NCBI GenBank assembly: GCA_000166095.1
Contig: CP002278.1
Location: forward strand, 1,200,001-1,232,000
Source of the DNA: Methanothermus fervidus DSM 2088
GTDB lineage: Archaea > Methanobacteriota > Methanobacteria > DSM-2088 > Methanothermaceae
Reading direction: 5' to 3'
Length of the DNA: 32,000 nt
The notes under the pieces are model-generated. The model was given only the letters and a program-made list of their open reading frames with translations. It did no database searches and was not told where the DNA came from. Shown here in pieces: positions 1 through 10,612 of this stretch. The stretch's first letter is position 1. Every line of letters starts with the position of its first letter. A program made the translations under genes and the position numbers.

Positions 1-1163
1 TGTGTAATTTTAATCAAAACTTTGGCGTTAGGATCTATTTTTTTCATGTCGGCCTTTCCATTGTTTTTGACCATTGCCTTTATTTTTCCATCACATATTT
101 CAATATCTTCAATTGTTAAATCAACAATTAATGGTTTGTAATCTAAATTAACTTTATTATATGTGTAGGGGATATCTCCAATTCCATCTCCATCGCTATC
201 GTTCCCAAAATAATCTAACCAGTAATTACCTTCGTTAGTAGTGTTCCAATAGTTATTTAATAACTCACCATCTACAGCAATCGAATTATTTAAGAAATAA
301 TTTTTGTATACATAATTTTTTATTCCCTGGATGGAGAGCCCATATTCACAATTTGTAATAGTATTTAAGCAAATTATATTGTTTGTACAGCCGGTTTTGA
401 GTGATATTCCTTTATTGCACCCAGCTATATAATTATCAGAAATAGTACAGTTTCTTGCCCCTCCTGTTGCACCGAGATATATACCATTGAAGCTACATAA
501 GAGAACAACATTTTTTTGGATAATACAGTTATTAGCACAATCAAGGGCAATTCCACATTTACATGATCTAATTATATTTTCAGATATTTCACAAGAATCA
601 GTGGATCCACCTAATGTTCCTAAATGTATTCCCGCATATTTACATTTCATAATATTATTTCCAATTATCTTGTAATTTTTTGAAAATCCATAAGTAAATA
701 TTCCTCCAATGATGGTATTATTTTCTATTTTCCAATCCCTTGTGGTTCCATTGATACATATACCACTTCCTGGTTCCTCAGCAGATGTATAAATTATGTT
801 GTTCCGTATTACACAATTACTTGCATTTAACGCCATTATGGCATAAATACCATTCGTATTAATAATGAAACCTTCTATTGTTATATTATCTGTATTTATG
901 TAAATAGTGGGAATTGATGGATCCTTAGCTATTATTTTTGCTTTCCCATCGCCTTCCAATGTTATAGATTTGTTAATAACAATGTTTTCACAATATTCTC
1001 CAGGCTTAACAAAAATAATATGCCCATCTTTTGTATCATAATCATCTATTGCAGACTGAATTGACGTAAATGTTTTGTTGTTATTTAGATTTACAACTTC
1101 TGCATGAGCTATAGAAGTTCCTAAAAAACAGATTAAAGCAATAATTAACATTATTTTTTTAAT
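1..1163 (-). CDS. Secreted right-handed beta-helix (NosD-like) protein, C-terminus cut off by window edge
   Basis: Manual translation of the minus strand is open from about 1163 to the window edge: (I)KKIMLIIALICFLGTSIAHAEVVNLNNNKTFTSIQSAIDDYDTKDGHIIFVKPGEYCENIVINKSITLEG...; repeated N-x-I beta-helix rungs; typical NosD signature GNYWLDYFGNDSDGDGIGDIPYTYN. Not in the supplied ORF track. Start may be ATT at 1161-1163 or ATG at 1149-1151. Confidence 0.85.
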   Translation of the reverse strand, partial: MKKIMLIIALICFLGTSIAHAEVVNLNNNKTFTSIQSAIDDYDTKDGHIIFVKPGEYCENIVINKSITLEGDGKAKIIAKDPSIPTIYINTDNITIEGFIINTNGIYAIMALNASNCVIRNNIIYTSAEEPGSGICINGTTRDWKIENNTIIGGIFTYGFSKNYKIIGNNIMKCKYAGIHLGTLGGSTDSCEISENIIRSCKCGIALDCANNCIIQKNVVLLCSFNGIYLGATGGARNCTISDNYIAGCNKGISLKTGCTNNIICLNTITNCEYGLSIQGIKNYVYKNYFLNNSIAVDGELLNNYWNTTNEGNYWLDYFGNDSDGDGIGDIPYTYNKVNLDYKPLIVDLTIEDIEICDGKIKAMVKNNGKADMKKIDPNAKVLIKIT

Positions 1164-1209
1164 AGTTTCACCTCCAAATAAGTTTTGTTTAAATTTATAC
1201 AAGAAAACT

Positions 1210-1219
1210 TTATATATAA
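1210..1219. promoter_or_regulatory. Palindromic archaeal TATA box (TTATATATAA) in the divergent intergenic region
   Basis: TTATATATAA is its own reverse complement and lies between divergent starts (minus about 1163, plus 1271) at plausible TATA spacing for both. Confidence 0.55.
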
Positions 1220-1270
1220 CTTTCTTGAGATATATTCAAATAGTTTTGAAAATAGATAAATGGTGAGAAA

Positions 1271-4200
1271 ATGAAGGCAAAATCATTTTTAATAATACTT
1301 ACATTGATTATAGCTTTCATCATTAATATTTCACCAGTTTTAGGAATAGAAGTCAAAGGATCTGTGAAGGAAATTTATAATGAAACATCGGACACATACG
1401 TAACTTTAGAAAATGCAATACCTGTCAAAGATGCTAATATAACTTTAATAAAAGACAATGTTGTCCTAAATAAAACTACAACTGATAACAATGGGAAATA
1501 TTTAATAACAGCAAATGCTACTCCGCCCTTAATACTAAAAATAGAATATTCAACATATAAACCAGCGATATTTACTGTAAATAAAGATTGTGAAATAAAT
1601 CATGTTTTTATTCCAGATATTGTAATAATAGGTTGTCCAAAACCATTTGGAGTAGAATTAAGTAAGAGATTAATGTTTTATGATCCTTGGATGCCTGGAG
1701 CTGAAAAAGATTGTTGGATTTTAGAACATGCAAATTTTGCTTTTTTATACATGCAAACACCAGGTACCGGTCAGAAAGACTTTTGGATTCAATATCTTGG
1801 TAATAGTCCTGCTAATAAAACAGGACATATAGCTGCATATGCTGGAATGGGAGAAGAAAGGTATTTCAACATAATTGGGGGTAGTAAAAATTCACTAGAA
1901 AATACATATCTTGCCAGTTATTATGTTTTGGCATCTGGAAATGCTACAAAGATTAATTATGATAGAATGGTCAAATACATAAGTTATTTATTAAATGAAA
2001 CAACTTACAATCCAATAGAGCACGATGAAGTTCCCATATTTGCTGGTGGAGGTACAGCAGGCAGTTGGGGATTATATCATCCTGATCTTGGAACAAGAAC
2101 AGTGTTAGGATATAATTTAACACAACCTAGCCCTAAACAAATAAAACAATGGATAGAGGAGAATCCTGGGTTAGCAATTTCTGGTAACTTAAAATGGCTA
2201 GCAAAATTAAATATGTATCTTGTTTCATCTGGTTTTGCAAAACTTTGTGAAGATTTTGAGAACTGGTATAATAATAATAAACCAAATCTTAAAGGGCCTT
2301 TTATAGTGGTTGTAAGTTATTGGCCAGGTGGTCAAAAAGACCCTACTATAGACATGCTGATTAGAGAATTGGAAAAAAGAGGTAGGCCTGCATTTGATTT
2401 ATATCAGATTGAAACACAGCCACCAGCTAGTAAACTACTGGAATTGATGGTTAAAGGCATTAATGGAACTGGTTTCATAAAAAGAGGAATATCTGCTGTT
2501 ATATCTTTAGTAAGCTGGTCTTTAAACTATGATAATTTACCAGAAGGTGCTGTAAAGGAATATTTAAACATGAATATTCCTATAATTAAAGGAATGGAGT
2601 TGTGGACAAATAATGGTTTAGAAAATCCATTAGGAACGCAGTTTGAATTAACATGGCAAATGGGACTACCATATCGTGAAGGTGTATTTGGTCCTACGCC
2701 AGTGAGTTATAGAGATGAAAGAAGTGGAAGATATATACCAATTGAGACTGGCATTAAGAAAATTGTTGACAATGCAATAAAATGGGCAAAACTAAGAGAA
2801 ATTCCAAATAAAGACAAAAGAATAGCTATAATTATTTACAATTATCCTCCAGGAAAAGATAATTTTGTTGCTTCTTACTTAGACGTTTTCAAAAGTATCC
2901 ATGATCTACTCACAAGACTAAAGGAACTTGGTTATAGTGTTAGTGAAATACCTACACCTGAGGAATTATACAATATAGTGGCTGAAGGTGGAAACAAAGG
3001 TACATGGGCTCAACCTGCACTTGAGAAGTATGTAGATAAAAATTGGAAAAGATTAATGGAAAATAATCAATTAATACCCTTGAATAAATATTTAGAATGG
3101 TTTAATCAATTACCAGATCCAATGAAAAGGAATATAACAGGAAAATGGGGAGAACCTCCTGGAAATATAATGACTGTCACAAGAAATGGCACTAAATACA
3201 TAGTAATTCCAGGCGTAAAACTTGGAAATATATTCATTGCAATACAACCAAGTAGAGGTTGGGAAGAAGTTAAAGATTATCATGATCCTTATTTACCACC
3301 ACATCATCAATATGTTGCATTCTACAAATGGTTGGAAGAAAACTTCGATGCAATGATACATCTTGGTACTCATGGAACATTAGAGTGGTTACCTGGAAGA
3401 ACAACAGGAGTTATAGATTCTGATTATCCATTCCAACTTACATGCTTACCAAACATTTATCCATACATAGTTTCAAATCCAGGAGAAGGTCTTGTTGCTA
3501 AAGATAGAAGTTTTGCAGTAATAATTGATCACATGACGCCTGCTATGGTAGAAAGTGGTTTATATGGAAATCTTTCTGAATTACATGATCTAATACATAG
3601 ATATAATGCAGCATTAGAAGCAGGTGCTTCACAACTATTACCAGAATTAGAAAAAGAAATAATAGAGAAGGCTGCTTCATTAGGATTCAAAAAAGAAGGT
3701 AATTTCACAGATTGGCTTAGAGAATTACATATTCAACTGCATGAAATAGAGAATGATGTTATACCTTTAGGATTACATAGTCTAGGAAAAATACTGGAAG
3801 GAGATGAACTTGTTGAAGAACTATATACAATAGCATCTTCAAGAAGCGACTTAATGGAAAATATAAAGAGAATGATGTATCCAGAAATAAAAGAGAGCTA
3901 CTACGACATAATGTATGATCCAAAATATGAAGACAAAGTCGAAAAAATTAAAGAAAAAGCGAAAGAATGGATAAGAAATATCATAAATGGCAATATACCT
4001 CCAGAAATTAAACCTGATGATTTAAAATTCATAAATGAAACTTTAACAAAAATTAGAGCCAATGAAGAATGGCAAAACCTACTAAATGCATTATCAGGTG
4101 GTTATGTACCTCCCGGACTTGCAGGAGATCCTGCAAGGAGCGATGTTTTACCAACTGGAAGAAACTTTTATCCTTATGATGTTAAAAAAATGCCAACAAA

Positions 4201-5872
4201 AGCTGCATGGGAGTCTGCAAAAAAAATTGTTGATGACATGTTAAGAAAATATTATAAAGAACATGGAAAATTCCCAGAATTAGTTGGAATGGTAATGTGG
4301 GGTACAGAATTACTAAGAACTGAAGCACTTGCAATAGCTGAATTTATGTATCTTTTAGGTGTAAAACCAGATTGGGCACCAAATGGAGACGTTAAAGGTG
4401 TAGTTTTAATGGATCCATCAGAATTTGCAATTGAAATTGATGGTAAAAAAATAATTAGGCCAAGAATAGATGTTTTTACAACTGCTGTGACATATAATCA
4501 AGCATGGATTGATCTAATGAATAAAGCTGTTGAACTAGCTAGCGAAGCTAAAGATGTTGAAAATTATGTTGCTAAACATTATAAAGAATGTAATTCTCTT
4601 GATAGAGTTTTCGGTTTAAGAGGTTATGTATTAGAAGGAACTGGTGTTTGTGATTTGGTTCCACAAACAGGAAAATGGAACACAACTAAAGAGTTGGCAG
4701 ATGTTTATCTTTCTAGAGTTTCTTATGCATGGAAATCTGTTAATGGCGTAATGCAAATGAAACAAAATAAGGACGTATTCCAATATCTATTAAAGAAAAT
4801 GGATATCGCAACACAAACAATCGATAGTACTTGGAGACTTTTTGACACAGACGACTATTATGACTGGTATGGTGGATTAATATTGGCATCAAAGACTTTA
4901 GGTGGAAATCCAGAAACAATGCTCCAAGACATTAGGAATTTAAAATTTACTCAAATAAGATCTCTAAAGGAAGAAGTAGAATTAGAAATAAGATCACAGG
5001 TGTTAAATCCAAAATACATGGAATCATTGCTTAAAACTCCTAGTGGTTGGATGGAATATGCAAAAAGATATGAATACACGGTTGGTATTCATGTAACAAC
5101 AAATTCAGTAAGCAATGAATTATGGAACAAACTAGGAGAAAACTTAATAATGAATTTAAACCCTAAAACAAATTATGAAGCATTTGCAACACAATCAATG
5201 ATTGCATGGGTCCTAGAAATGGAAAGAAGGTCATTAGCATCTCTAAGACCTGAATTAAAAGTTGCCCTTGCTAATAAATATATAACTTTAGCCGTTAAAT
5301 ATGGACCAGTATGTTGTCACCATACATGTGCAAATATAAACTTTAATCTTTGGGTAATTCAAACATCTAACTTACCTCTATCATACCTCCAAAAATTCGC
5401 AGCCGCATTTGCAGAAACTACTGGAGTTAAGTTATCAATTCCAGGAGCTCCAACAACACCACAACCTTCAGTCCCTGGAATATCAATAACAGTCCCTGGA
5501 ATTCCAACATCCATTCCAGGAGCACCATCACAACTAGGAGCTCCAACTGCATTAGGAAGAGTAGGAATTGGAACTGCAGCAACAAGGGGAGTTTCACCAG
5601 GAATTTCAGGTCCTTCAGGTAGAGTTGGCGGTGAAATTGGTACAAGAGGAGCAGCTCAAGCTGCTGGAGCTGCAAGTAAATCCTCATCAGAATCAGGTGC
5701 TACAGGTAAAGCAGGAATTACAGGTGCTGCAGCAGGAAAAGCATATGAGATTACACCAGTGTCTAAAGGAATTGGAAGTCCATCATCAGTGCCATTCGCA
5801 GGAATAATCGGAGTTATAATATTGATTGCATTAATAGCAGTAGGATATCTATTGAGAAGGCCTAAATATTAG
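1271..5872 (+). CDS. CobN/Mg-chelatase subunit H family protein, predicted secreted and C-terminally membrane anchored
   Basis: 1533 aa; N-terminal signal peptide (MKAKSFLIILTLIIAFIINISPVLG); CarboxypepD_reg-like domain (VKDANITLIKDNVVLNKTTTDNNGKYLI); family hallmarks HLGTHGTLEWLPGRTTGV and PTGRNFYPYDVKKMPTKAAW; P/G/A/S-rich linker; C-terminal TM FAGIIGVIILIALIAVGYLLRRPKY. SD GGTGA at 1262. Confidence 0.9.
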   Translation: MKAKSFLIILTLIIAFIINISPVLGIEVKGSVKEIYNETSDTYVTLENAIPVKDANITLIKDNVVLNKTTTDNNGKYLITANATPPLILKIEYSTYKPAIFTVNKDCEINHVFIPDIVIIGCPKPFGVELSKRLMFYDPWMPGAEKDCWILEHANFAFLYMQTPGTGQKDFWIQYLGNSPANKTGHIAAYAGMGEERYFNIIGGSKNSLENTYLASYYVLASGNATKINYDRMVKYISYLLNETTYNPIEHDEVPIFAGGGTAGSWGLYHPDLGTRTVLGYNLTQPSPKQIKQWIEENPGLAISGNLKWLAKLNMYLVSSGFAKLCEDFENWYNNNKPNLKGPFIVVVSYWPGGQKDPTIDMLIRELEKRGRPAFDLYQIETQPPASKLLELMVKGINGTGFIKRGISAVISLVSWSLNYDNLPEGAVKEYLNMNIPIIKGMELWTNNGLENPLGTQFELTWQMGLPYREGVFGPTPVSYRDERSGRYIPIETGIKKIVDNAIKWAKLREIPNKDKRIAIIIYNYPPGKDNFVASYLDVFKSIHDLLTRLKELGYSVSEIPTPEELYNIVAEGGNKGTWAQPALEKYVDKNWKRLMENNQLIPLNKYLEWFNQLPDPMKRNITGKWGEPPGNIMTVTRNGTKYIVIPGVKLGNIFIAIQPSRGWEEVKDYHDPYLPPHHQYVAFYKWLEENFDAMIHLGTHGTLEWLPGRTTGVIDSDYPFQLTCLPNIYPYIVSNPGEGLVAKDRSFAVIIDHMTPAMVESGLYGNLSELHDLIHRYNAALEAGASQLLPELEKEIIEKAASLGFKKEGNFTDWLRELHIQLHEIENDVIPLGLHSLGKILEGDELVEELYTIASSRSDLMENIKRMMYPEIKESYYDIMYDPKYEDKVEKIKEKAKEWIRNIINGNIPPEIKPDDLKFINETLTKIRANEEWQNLLNALSGGYVPPGLAGDPARSDVLPTGRNFYPYDVKKMPTKAAWESAKKIVDDMLRKYYKEHGKFPELVGMVMWGTELLRTEALAIAEFMYLLGVKPDWAPNGDVKGVVLMDPSEFAIEIDGKKIIRPRIDVFTTAVTYNQAWIDLMNKAVELASEAKDVENYVAKHYKECNSLDRVFGLRGYVLEGTGVCDLVPQTGKWNTTKELADVYLSRVSYAWKSVNGVMQMKQNKDVFQYLLKKMDIATQTIDSTWRLFDTDDYYDWYGGLILASKTLGGNPETMLQDIRNLKFTQIRSLKEEVELEIRSQVLNPKYMESLLKTPSGWMEYAKRYEYTVGIHVTTNSVSNELWNKLGENLIMNLNPKTNYEAFATQSMIAWVLEMERRSLASLRPELKVALANKYITLAVKYGPVCCHHTCANINFNLWVIQTSNLPLSYLQKFAAAFAETTGVKLSIPGAPTTPQPSVPGISITVPGIPTSIPGAPSQLGAPTALGRVGIGTAATRGVSPGISGPSGRVGGEIGTRGAAQAAGAASKSSSESGATGKAGITGAAAGKAYEITPVSKGIGSPSSVPFAGIIGVIILIALIAVGYLLRRPKY

Positions 5873-5895
5873 TTCATTTTTATTTTTATCTCCCT
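5873..5895 (+). terminator. T-rich archaeal-type terminator after the CobN-like gene
   Basis: TTCATTTTTATTTTTATCTCCC immediately after the stop, in a 29-bp gap between convergent genes. Confidence 0.35.
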
Positions 5896-5901
5896 ATTAA
5901 T

Positions 5902-6306
5902 TCAAAAAGTTCCAAAAATTTTGTGATAATAATTTACAGCTTTCATTGGACAGGTTATCACACAACATCCACATCCAACACATTTTTCATCGTCTATTTC
6001 AACTGTCCAGTCATCTTTTATACTTATAGCTCCAACAGGACAAATTGAAACACATGCTCCACAATCAATACACTTTTCTTTGTCTTTCCTCACAACGTCC
6101 TTTGCAATCTCAACAATTATTCCCCTATTTTTTAGGTATTCTATACTTTCCTTTTTTCTTTTACCTAATATTTCAGCTAAAATTTTACCGCCACTTGATG
6201 TAATATGGGCATGCAAAATATTAAAATCTATGTCATATTTTTTTATTGCGTCGGATATAACAGGTTTTTTTATTATTTCTTTTGAAAAATATAACCATAC
6301 TCTCAT
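5902..6306 (-). CDS. NIL domain / 2x[4Fe-4S] ferredoxin protein (partner of DUF39 in homocysteine biosynthesis)
   Basis: Two clusters [16 protein letters not shown] and [16 protein letters not shown] after an N-terminal NIL-like domain; overlaps the upstream DUF39 gene by 4 bp. Confidence 0.85.
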   Translation of the reverse strand: MRVWLYFSKEIIKKPVISDAIKKYDIDFNILHAHITSSGGKILAEILGKRKKESIEYLKNRGIIVEIAKDVVRKDKEKCIDCGACVSICPVGAISIKDDWTVEIDDEKCVGCGCCVITCPMKAVNYYHKIFGTF

Positions 6307-7835
6307 TTCTTTTCCCTACCAATTATACGTGATATATCTTCAGCAGTAACTATTCCTATTACTCTATTATCTTTATCGACAACTGGAAGTCCTGAAATGT
6401 TATATTTATCCATACGACGTGCAGCGACATCTATTGGCTCATTTTCTTTAGCAGTTATTACCCTTTTTGTCATGATTTCTTCTAATTTTTTAGTACCTTC
6501 AGCAACAGCATTTGCTATATCCCATGATGTAACTATTCCCCTAAGTTTATTATTTTTGTCAACTATTGGAACATGATTTATATTATTTTCCACAATTTTC
6601 TTTGCCACACTTTCCACACTTTCTGAAATACTAGCTACAATGGCAGGCTTGGTCTCAACATCTTTAACCAGTATTAATGGTTTTTTAATTTTCAGTGGTT
6701 TTAATTCCTTAGGTTTTTTAGGTAGAGGTTTTACATATTCTGACAGTGTAAATTCTCCTTTTTCTATCAATTTTTTTAATTCTTCAGCAACTTCCATCGC
6801 CATCTTATAAGATGATAAAGGTGATGTTGGTACTTCCTTATCATCTATAATTACTTTTCCAGATTTTAATTCCTCATAATTTGTTTCAGCAACTACAGGT
6901 CTATCTCTACTTGGCACGCCATAGTCAATTATCTTACACTTTATATCTTTATCACTTACTCCAGTTCTTAAGGCAATTTTTTCATTTAAGACAGGAATTG
7001 GTATTCCAACTCCTAAATAAATTGTTGGTCCATACTTATGTATAGTAGCTCCTCTTACAAACTTAGGATCCATGTCTTTCATGTCCGCTTTTAGCATTAA
7101 TGTTCCTGCAGGAGAAACTGGGATATCTTTGTGTCTTTCTACGCCAACTCTATGTTGTGTTCCCTCTCCAACAACATATCCTTGAGCACCTGCAAGAAAT
7201 ACTTTTGTTCCTATTCCTATACATTCAAAATATGGATCATTGAGCAGTGGACTTAATTCACCTGCGCTTGAGTAGGTTACATTGCCAAAATTGGGAAGTA
7301 AGGTACCCATATAGGTATATAGTGTTTCATTGCTAGAATTAGTTGCGGCAGCATAATTTTGGTAACAATTTCTTGGGTTTACCATTATTGCTTGGTTTAT
7401 TTCAGATAAAGAAATTGCAGTTTCTATTTTTTTTAATGGATAACAATCTGTTCCAAAACCTTCTGCCACAAGTTCAACTTCTTTGCCTTTTATAAGGTCC
7501 TCTATTACGTGGCCTCCACCATAATCAAATTTTTTTTCAGGATCAATATTAGGTTGTGCAGCACCTATATAAATATCTACAGCAGCTATACCAGCGTAAG
7601 CCTCTACTCCATTCAAATAAGCCCTTTTAATTTTTATTGGAGGTTCTGCATGGCCTAAATTTAAAAATGCTCCTGAAGAACACATTGCACCAAAAGTTCC
7701 AGTAGTAACTACATCAATTTCTTTAGCAGCTTTTTTTGCGCCATCATCTCTTACAATTTCAACCATTTCAGATGCTGTAACTACTACTGCATCTCCATTT
7801 TTTATTTTTTGGTTTATTTCTTCTAATGATTTCAA
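6303..7835 (-). CDS. DUF39 homocysteine biosynthesis protein with C-terminal CBS domain pair
   Basis: 510 aa; DUF39 features ([50 protein letters not shown]) and two CBS repeats ([40 protein letters not shown]). Confidence 0.9.
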   Translation of the reverse strand: MKSLEEINQKIKNGDAVVVTASEMVEIVRDDGAKKAAKEIDVVTTGTFGAMCSSGAFLNLGHAEPPIKIKRAYLNGVEAYAGIAAVDIYIGAAQPNIDPEKKFDYGGGHVIEDLIKGKEVELVAEGFGTDCYPLKKIETAISLSEINQAIMVNPRNCYQNYAAATNSSNETLYTYMGTLLPNFGNVTYSSAGELSPLLNDPYFECIGIGTKVFLAGAQGYVVGEGTQHRVGVERHKDIPVSPAGTLMLKADMKDMDPKFVRGATIHKYGPTIYLGVGIPIPVLNEKIALRTGVSDKDIKCKIIDYGVPSRDRPVVAETNYEELKSGKVIIDDKEVPTSPLSSYKMAMEVAEELKKLIEKGEFTLSEYVKPLPKKPKELKPLKIKKPLILVKDVETKPAIVASISESVESVAKKIVENNINHVPIVDKNNKLRGIVTSWDIANAVAEGTKKLEEIMTKRVITAKENEPIDVAARRMDKYNISGLPVVDKDNRVIGIVTAEDISRIIGREKK

Positions 7836-7855
7836 ATGTAATCCCTTCTATGTAA

Positions 7856-8506
7856 TTATCCAGAAAATAAATTTGTTACTTCTTGTATTGCATCTGATTT
7901 TGCTAAAACCAATAATCTATCGTTTTCTTTAATTTTTGTATTAGGTTGAGGAATTTTTATTTCATCGTTACTATAAATTGCAGCTATGATGTAATCTTTT
8001 GTTGGCGATAACTCCTCTACATTTTTTCCTACAACTTCTTTGTTTTTTACAACTAGTTCTAATATTTCTGCTTCACCCCTACCTAATACAATGAGATCAA
8101 CTACTTTTGGACGTGTTATATATTTTTCAAGATATCCTGCTGCACTTCTTTCAGGACTTATAACGTGATCTATACCTACATCTCGGAATGTATCTTCATT
8201 TTCTGGATTGTTTACTCGTGCAATAGTTTTTGGAACATTGTATTTTTTTGCAAGGATACATCCCATAAGATTTGCTTCATCACTACCAGTTGCTGCAACA
8301 AAAACATCAGCATTTTCAATGCCAGCACTTTCTAAAATATTTCTTTCTGTTCCTTTACCACAAATTACTGGAATGTTTAATTCAGATTCTAATTTCTTAC
8401 ATCTCTCTTTGTCTCTTTCTATAACAGTTACTTCATGTCCATCGGATGTTAAAAGGTCTGCAAGTGTTGAACCTACTCTACCTCCACCCATTATCACAAC
8501 ATACAT
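7856..8506 (-). CDS. trkA: TrkA family K+ channel/transporter regulatory protein (TrkA-N plus TrkA-C)
   Basis: Rossmann motif MYVVIMGGGRVGSTLADLL, GKGTERNILESAGIENADVFVAATGSDEANL, and a C-terminal RCK_C domain. Confidence 0.85.
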   Translation of the reverse strand: MYVVIMGGGRVGSTLADLLTSDGHEVTVIERDKERCKKLESELNIPVICGKGTERNILESAGIENADVFVAATGSDEANLMGCILAKKYNVPKTIARVNNPENEDTFRDVGIDHVISPERSAAGYLEKYITRPKVVDLIVLGRGEAEILELVVKNKEVVGKNVEELSPTKDYIIAAIYSNDEIKIPQPNTKIKENDRLLVLAKSDAIQEVTNLFSG

Positions 8507-8692
8507 TTTTTCACCTTTCTTTTTTACTAAAAAATCTGGTAAAATAAATTTATCAAAATGAAAAATCTTCTTTTTTAACTGTATTAGTGATTTTGAAGTG
8601 AAAAAATTATTTAAGTTTTTTCATTGAAAATAATAATTCTCTACACAAATAGACTAAAAAATCATTGACAAATAAATTACACATTGAGGGGT

Positions 8693-10057
8693 ATGATGGA
8701 CATTGGAAAATTAGAAAAATTAACTTTGGAGTTAGAGAAAAAAGTTGAATATGTTGATGTTAGTGCAACTCAAATATCTACAAATTCCATTGTTATGAAG
8801 GATGGAAACATTCAAGAAATAAAATCAGGGATTGAAAGTGGTATAAGAGTGAGAGTAATTAAAAATGGAATGTGGAAGATAGGATTTTTTAGGGGCACTG
8901 ATGATATAGATTATATGTATAAAAGAATGGTTAAGGTAGTTGGTTCAGGCAGTGTTGCATTAGCAAAATGTGATCCAATAGTCGGCAATTTTAAATCACC
9001 AATGAAAATAAATCCTTCTGATGTACCGATAGATGAAAAAAAGGAAATGGTAGTGGAAGTTGAAAAAGCTGCAAATATTAAAAAGGTTGTAAGCACCGCA
9101 GTAAATTATGTAGATGTAAATGTAAAAAATGTATTCTTAAGTTCTGAAGGTGCAAACGCTAGTAAAAATGAATCTAAAGTTGCATTATTTATCAATGCAG
9201 TTGCATCTGATGGTAAAACCTTACAATTTAGCAGTGATAGAATTGGAAATGTTGGTGGATTTGAAATTATTAAACAAGCTGATTTAGAAAAACTTGGCAG
9301 AAAAGTTGGAAAAAATGCTGTAGAGCTGTTATCTGCTGAATCACCGCCTTCAGGTAGATTTACAATTGTAACAGATTGTGAACTCACAGGAGTTTTTATA
9401 CATGAAGCTGTTGGACATGCATCAGAAGCAGACATTGTCCTTAAAAATGATTCTATTTTAAAAAACAAAATTGGGAAGAAAATAGGATCTGAATTAGTTA
9501 CAATAATTGATGATCCAACTACTAATGGATTTGGATATTATGTATATGATTCTGAAGGTGTGAAGGCATCTCCAACAACAATTATGAAAAATGGTATTTT
9601 AAAATCCTTTATAAATTCCAGAGAGACTGCTTATCAATTAAATATGAATCCTACTGGAAATGCAAGAGCAGCTTTTGGCCACGAACCTCTTGTTAGAATG
9701 AGTAATACTTATTTGAAGCCCCGAGATCAAAGCTTCGATGAATTAATTGAAGATGTTAAAGAAGGAGTATATCTAAAAGGTTCAAGAGGAGGACAAGTAG
9801 ATACTACTCGAGGTACATTCCAATTTAATGCTGAGAGATCATTTAAAATTGAAAATGGGAGGATAACTACTCCATTAAGAGATGTATCGATGTCTGGTAA
9901 TATACTAGAAGTTCTTAAAAACGTCGATGCTGTTGGCTCAGATTTTAAAATTAATGCTGGTTTTTGTGGAAAATATGGACAGACAGTAGCCGTAGGTGAT
10001 GGGGGCCCACACATAAGAATTAAAAATGTGTTGATAGGTGGAAAAAATGTTATCTGA
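8693..10057 (+). CDS. tldD: TldD family metalloprotease
   Basis: HExxxH motif in [16 protein letters not shown]; C-terminal [19 protein letters not shown]. The track starts at a TTG (8684), but GAGGGG followed by ATG 8693/8696 fits better. Confidence 0.85.
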   Translation: MMDIGKLEKLTLELEKKVEYVDVSATQISTNSIVMKDGNIQEIKSGIESGIRVRVIKNGMWKIGFFRGTDDIDYMYKRMVKVVGSGSVALAKCDPIVGNFKSPMKINPSDVPIDEKKEMVVEVEKAANIKKVVSTAVNYVDVNVKNVFLSSEGANASKNESKVALFINAVASDGKTLQFSSDRIGNVGGFEIIKQADLEKLGRKVGKNAVELLSAESPPSGRFTIVTDCELTGVFIHEAVGHASEADIVLKNDSILKNKIGKKIGSELVTIIDDPTTNGFGYYVYDSEGVKASPTTIMKNGILKSFINSRETAYQLNMNPTGNARAAFGHEPLVRMSNTYLKPRDQSFDELIEDVKEGVYLKGSRGGQVDTTRGTFQFNAERSFKIENGRITTPLRDVSMSGNILEVLKNVDAVGSDFKINAGFCGKYGQTVAVGDGGPHIRIKNVLIGGKNVI

Positions 10058-10610
10058 AGAAGAAGGTGAATTTTTAATAAAATTAGCAAGAAAAAGTATA
10101 GAAGAATATGTAAAGAATGGTAAAAAAATAGATCCTCCAAAAGAACTTCCTAAATCACTAACAGAGAAGAGAGGAGTATTTGTAACATTGAAAAAAAATG
10201 GTGAGTTGAGAGGTTGTATTGGATATCCAGAGCCAATAAAACCTTTGGCAGAGGCAACAATTGATTCTGCAATATCTTCTGCGACATCTGACCCAAGATT
10301 TCCACCACTTAAGCCTGCAGAATTAAAAGAGATATCTATTGAGGTAAGTGTTTTAACAAAACCAAAACTTGTGGAAGTAGAAAATCCACAAGAATATCTC
10401 AAAAAAATAAAAATAGGTAAGGATGGTATAATTGTTGAAAAAGGCTTTAACAAGGGTTTATTACTACCACAAGTTCCAGTAGAACAGAATTGGGATGTAG
10501 AAGAATTTTTATGCAATGCATGCATGAAAGCAGGATTGCCACCTGATTGTTGGTTTGATTCTGAAACTCGGATATATAAGTTTCAAGCACAGATATTTGA
10601 GGAGAAATAA
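10038..10610 (+). CDS. AMMECR1 domain protein
   Basis: [46 protein letters not shown] is the classic AMMECR1 motif; overlaps the tldD end. Confidence 0.9.
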   Translation: MEKMLSEEEGEFLIKLARKSIEEYVKNGKKIDPPKELPKSLTEKRGVFVTLKKNGELRGCIGYPEPIKPLAEATIDSAISSATSDPRFPPLKPAELKEISIEVSVLTKPKLVEVENPQEYLKKIKIGKDGIIVEKGFNKGLLLPQVPVEQNWDVEEFLCNACMKAGLPPDCWFDSETRIYKFQAQIFEEK

Positions 10611-10612
10611 AT

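Noticed and set aside
487-675. Plus-strand 62-aa ORF
   Set aside because: Antisense to the clearly coding NosD-like gene on the minus strand.
5427-5807. ORFs 5427-5687 (-) and 5568-5807 (+)
   Set aside because: Out-of-frame reads of the low-complexity stalk of the CobN-like gene.
8507-8692. Possible C/D box or other small RNA in the divergent AT-rich gap
   Set aside because: No convincing RUGAUGA/CUGA pair or strong GC stem; content fits a promoter with TTATTTAA-like TATA element.
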